A stretch of DNA of 64,000 nt from Raillietiella orientalis (lineage: Eukaryota): the NCBI GenBank assembly GCA_036172245.1, contig JAYWIR010000035.1, forward strand, positions 2,108,001 to 2,172,000. Reading direction: 5' to 3'. This document shows, piece by piece, positions 63,652 to 64,000 of the stretch. The notes beneath the pieces are model-generated. The model ran no database searches, had not been told where the DNA came from, and saw only the letters and a list, made by a program, of their open reading frames with translations. The translations under genes and the position numbers were made by a program. Numbering within the stretch: the stretch's first letter is position 1; the number at the start of each line of letters is the position of its first letter.

Positions 63652-64000
63652 ATGCCTGACGCGACCACCAGGGATGGCCAGGGGGCAGCGACAACGCCGC
63701 CCCCAGAGGCGATGGAGAGCCAGGGGGCGGCGGCAACGTCGCCCCCAGAGGCGATGGAGGTGGGGGCATCCGCCCCCACAGAATCGGTCCCCGCTGCAGC
63801 GCGGGCGTGGAGCGCCGTTATGTCGGCGCCATCGCCTGCAGCCGCGGCGGAATTGTCGGCCTATGTAGAGGAGGGGTACAACCCCTCATTGTTCTACAAG
63901 GTAGGCAATTTATATTCTTTAGAGAGCGCGCGCGCTTTCTCGAAGGGCATGCGCGCTCTCGATGTGAAAGAGAAGGAGCTCAGCGCTATGACCATCCGCA
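63652..64000 (+). mobile_element. LINE ORF1 N-terminus, open to the window edge, with a 42-bp tandem duplication (63678-63759)
   Basis: MPDATTRDGQGAATTPPPEAMESQGAAATSPPEAMEV..RAWSAVMSAPS..AELSAYVEEGYNPSLFYKVGNL; homologous to 58035-58400. Confidence 0.65.

Noticed and set aside
1..64000. Prokaryotic system (operon, CRISPR array, defence island), rRNA or tRNA
   Set aside because: Genes have spliceosomal introns and animal-type products. I saw no repeat-spacer array and no recognisable structural RNA.

Overview
Eukaryotic (animal, probably arthropod-like) genomic window, not prokaryotic. Real genes are split by many short (41-80 nt) spliceosomal introns, so most entries in the ORF track are spurious. 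Hand-built gene models: (i) two inverted, apparently intact copies of BPNT1 on the arms of a near-perfect 11.2-kb palindrome (arms 3872-8328 and 10580-15035); (ii) two intact 9-exon, 352-aa secreted pepsin-fold (A1) paralogues that have lost both DTG catalytic triads, the flap Tyr and the prosegment (8682-11074 +, 21701-23814 -), each lying between its own pair of near-identical inverted repeats, with some introns far more similar than the exons; (iii) a 4-exon antigen-5/CAP secreted protein gene (35474-39106 -). The rest is mostly decayed mobile and viral DNA: a probable Polinton/adintovirus DNA polymerase B remnant (~33-34.8 kb), two endogenous CRESS-DNA-virus Rep pseudogenes (55.0-55.9 kb, 59.3-59.6 kb), and a stack of L1/Tx1-like LINE fragments (57-64 kb), including head-to-head inverted junctions suggestive of twin priming. 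All family assignments come from manual translation and motif recognition; no database searches were run.
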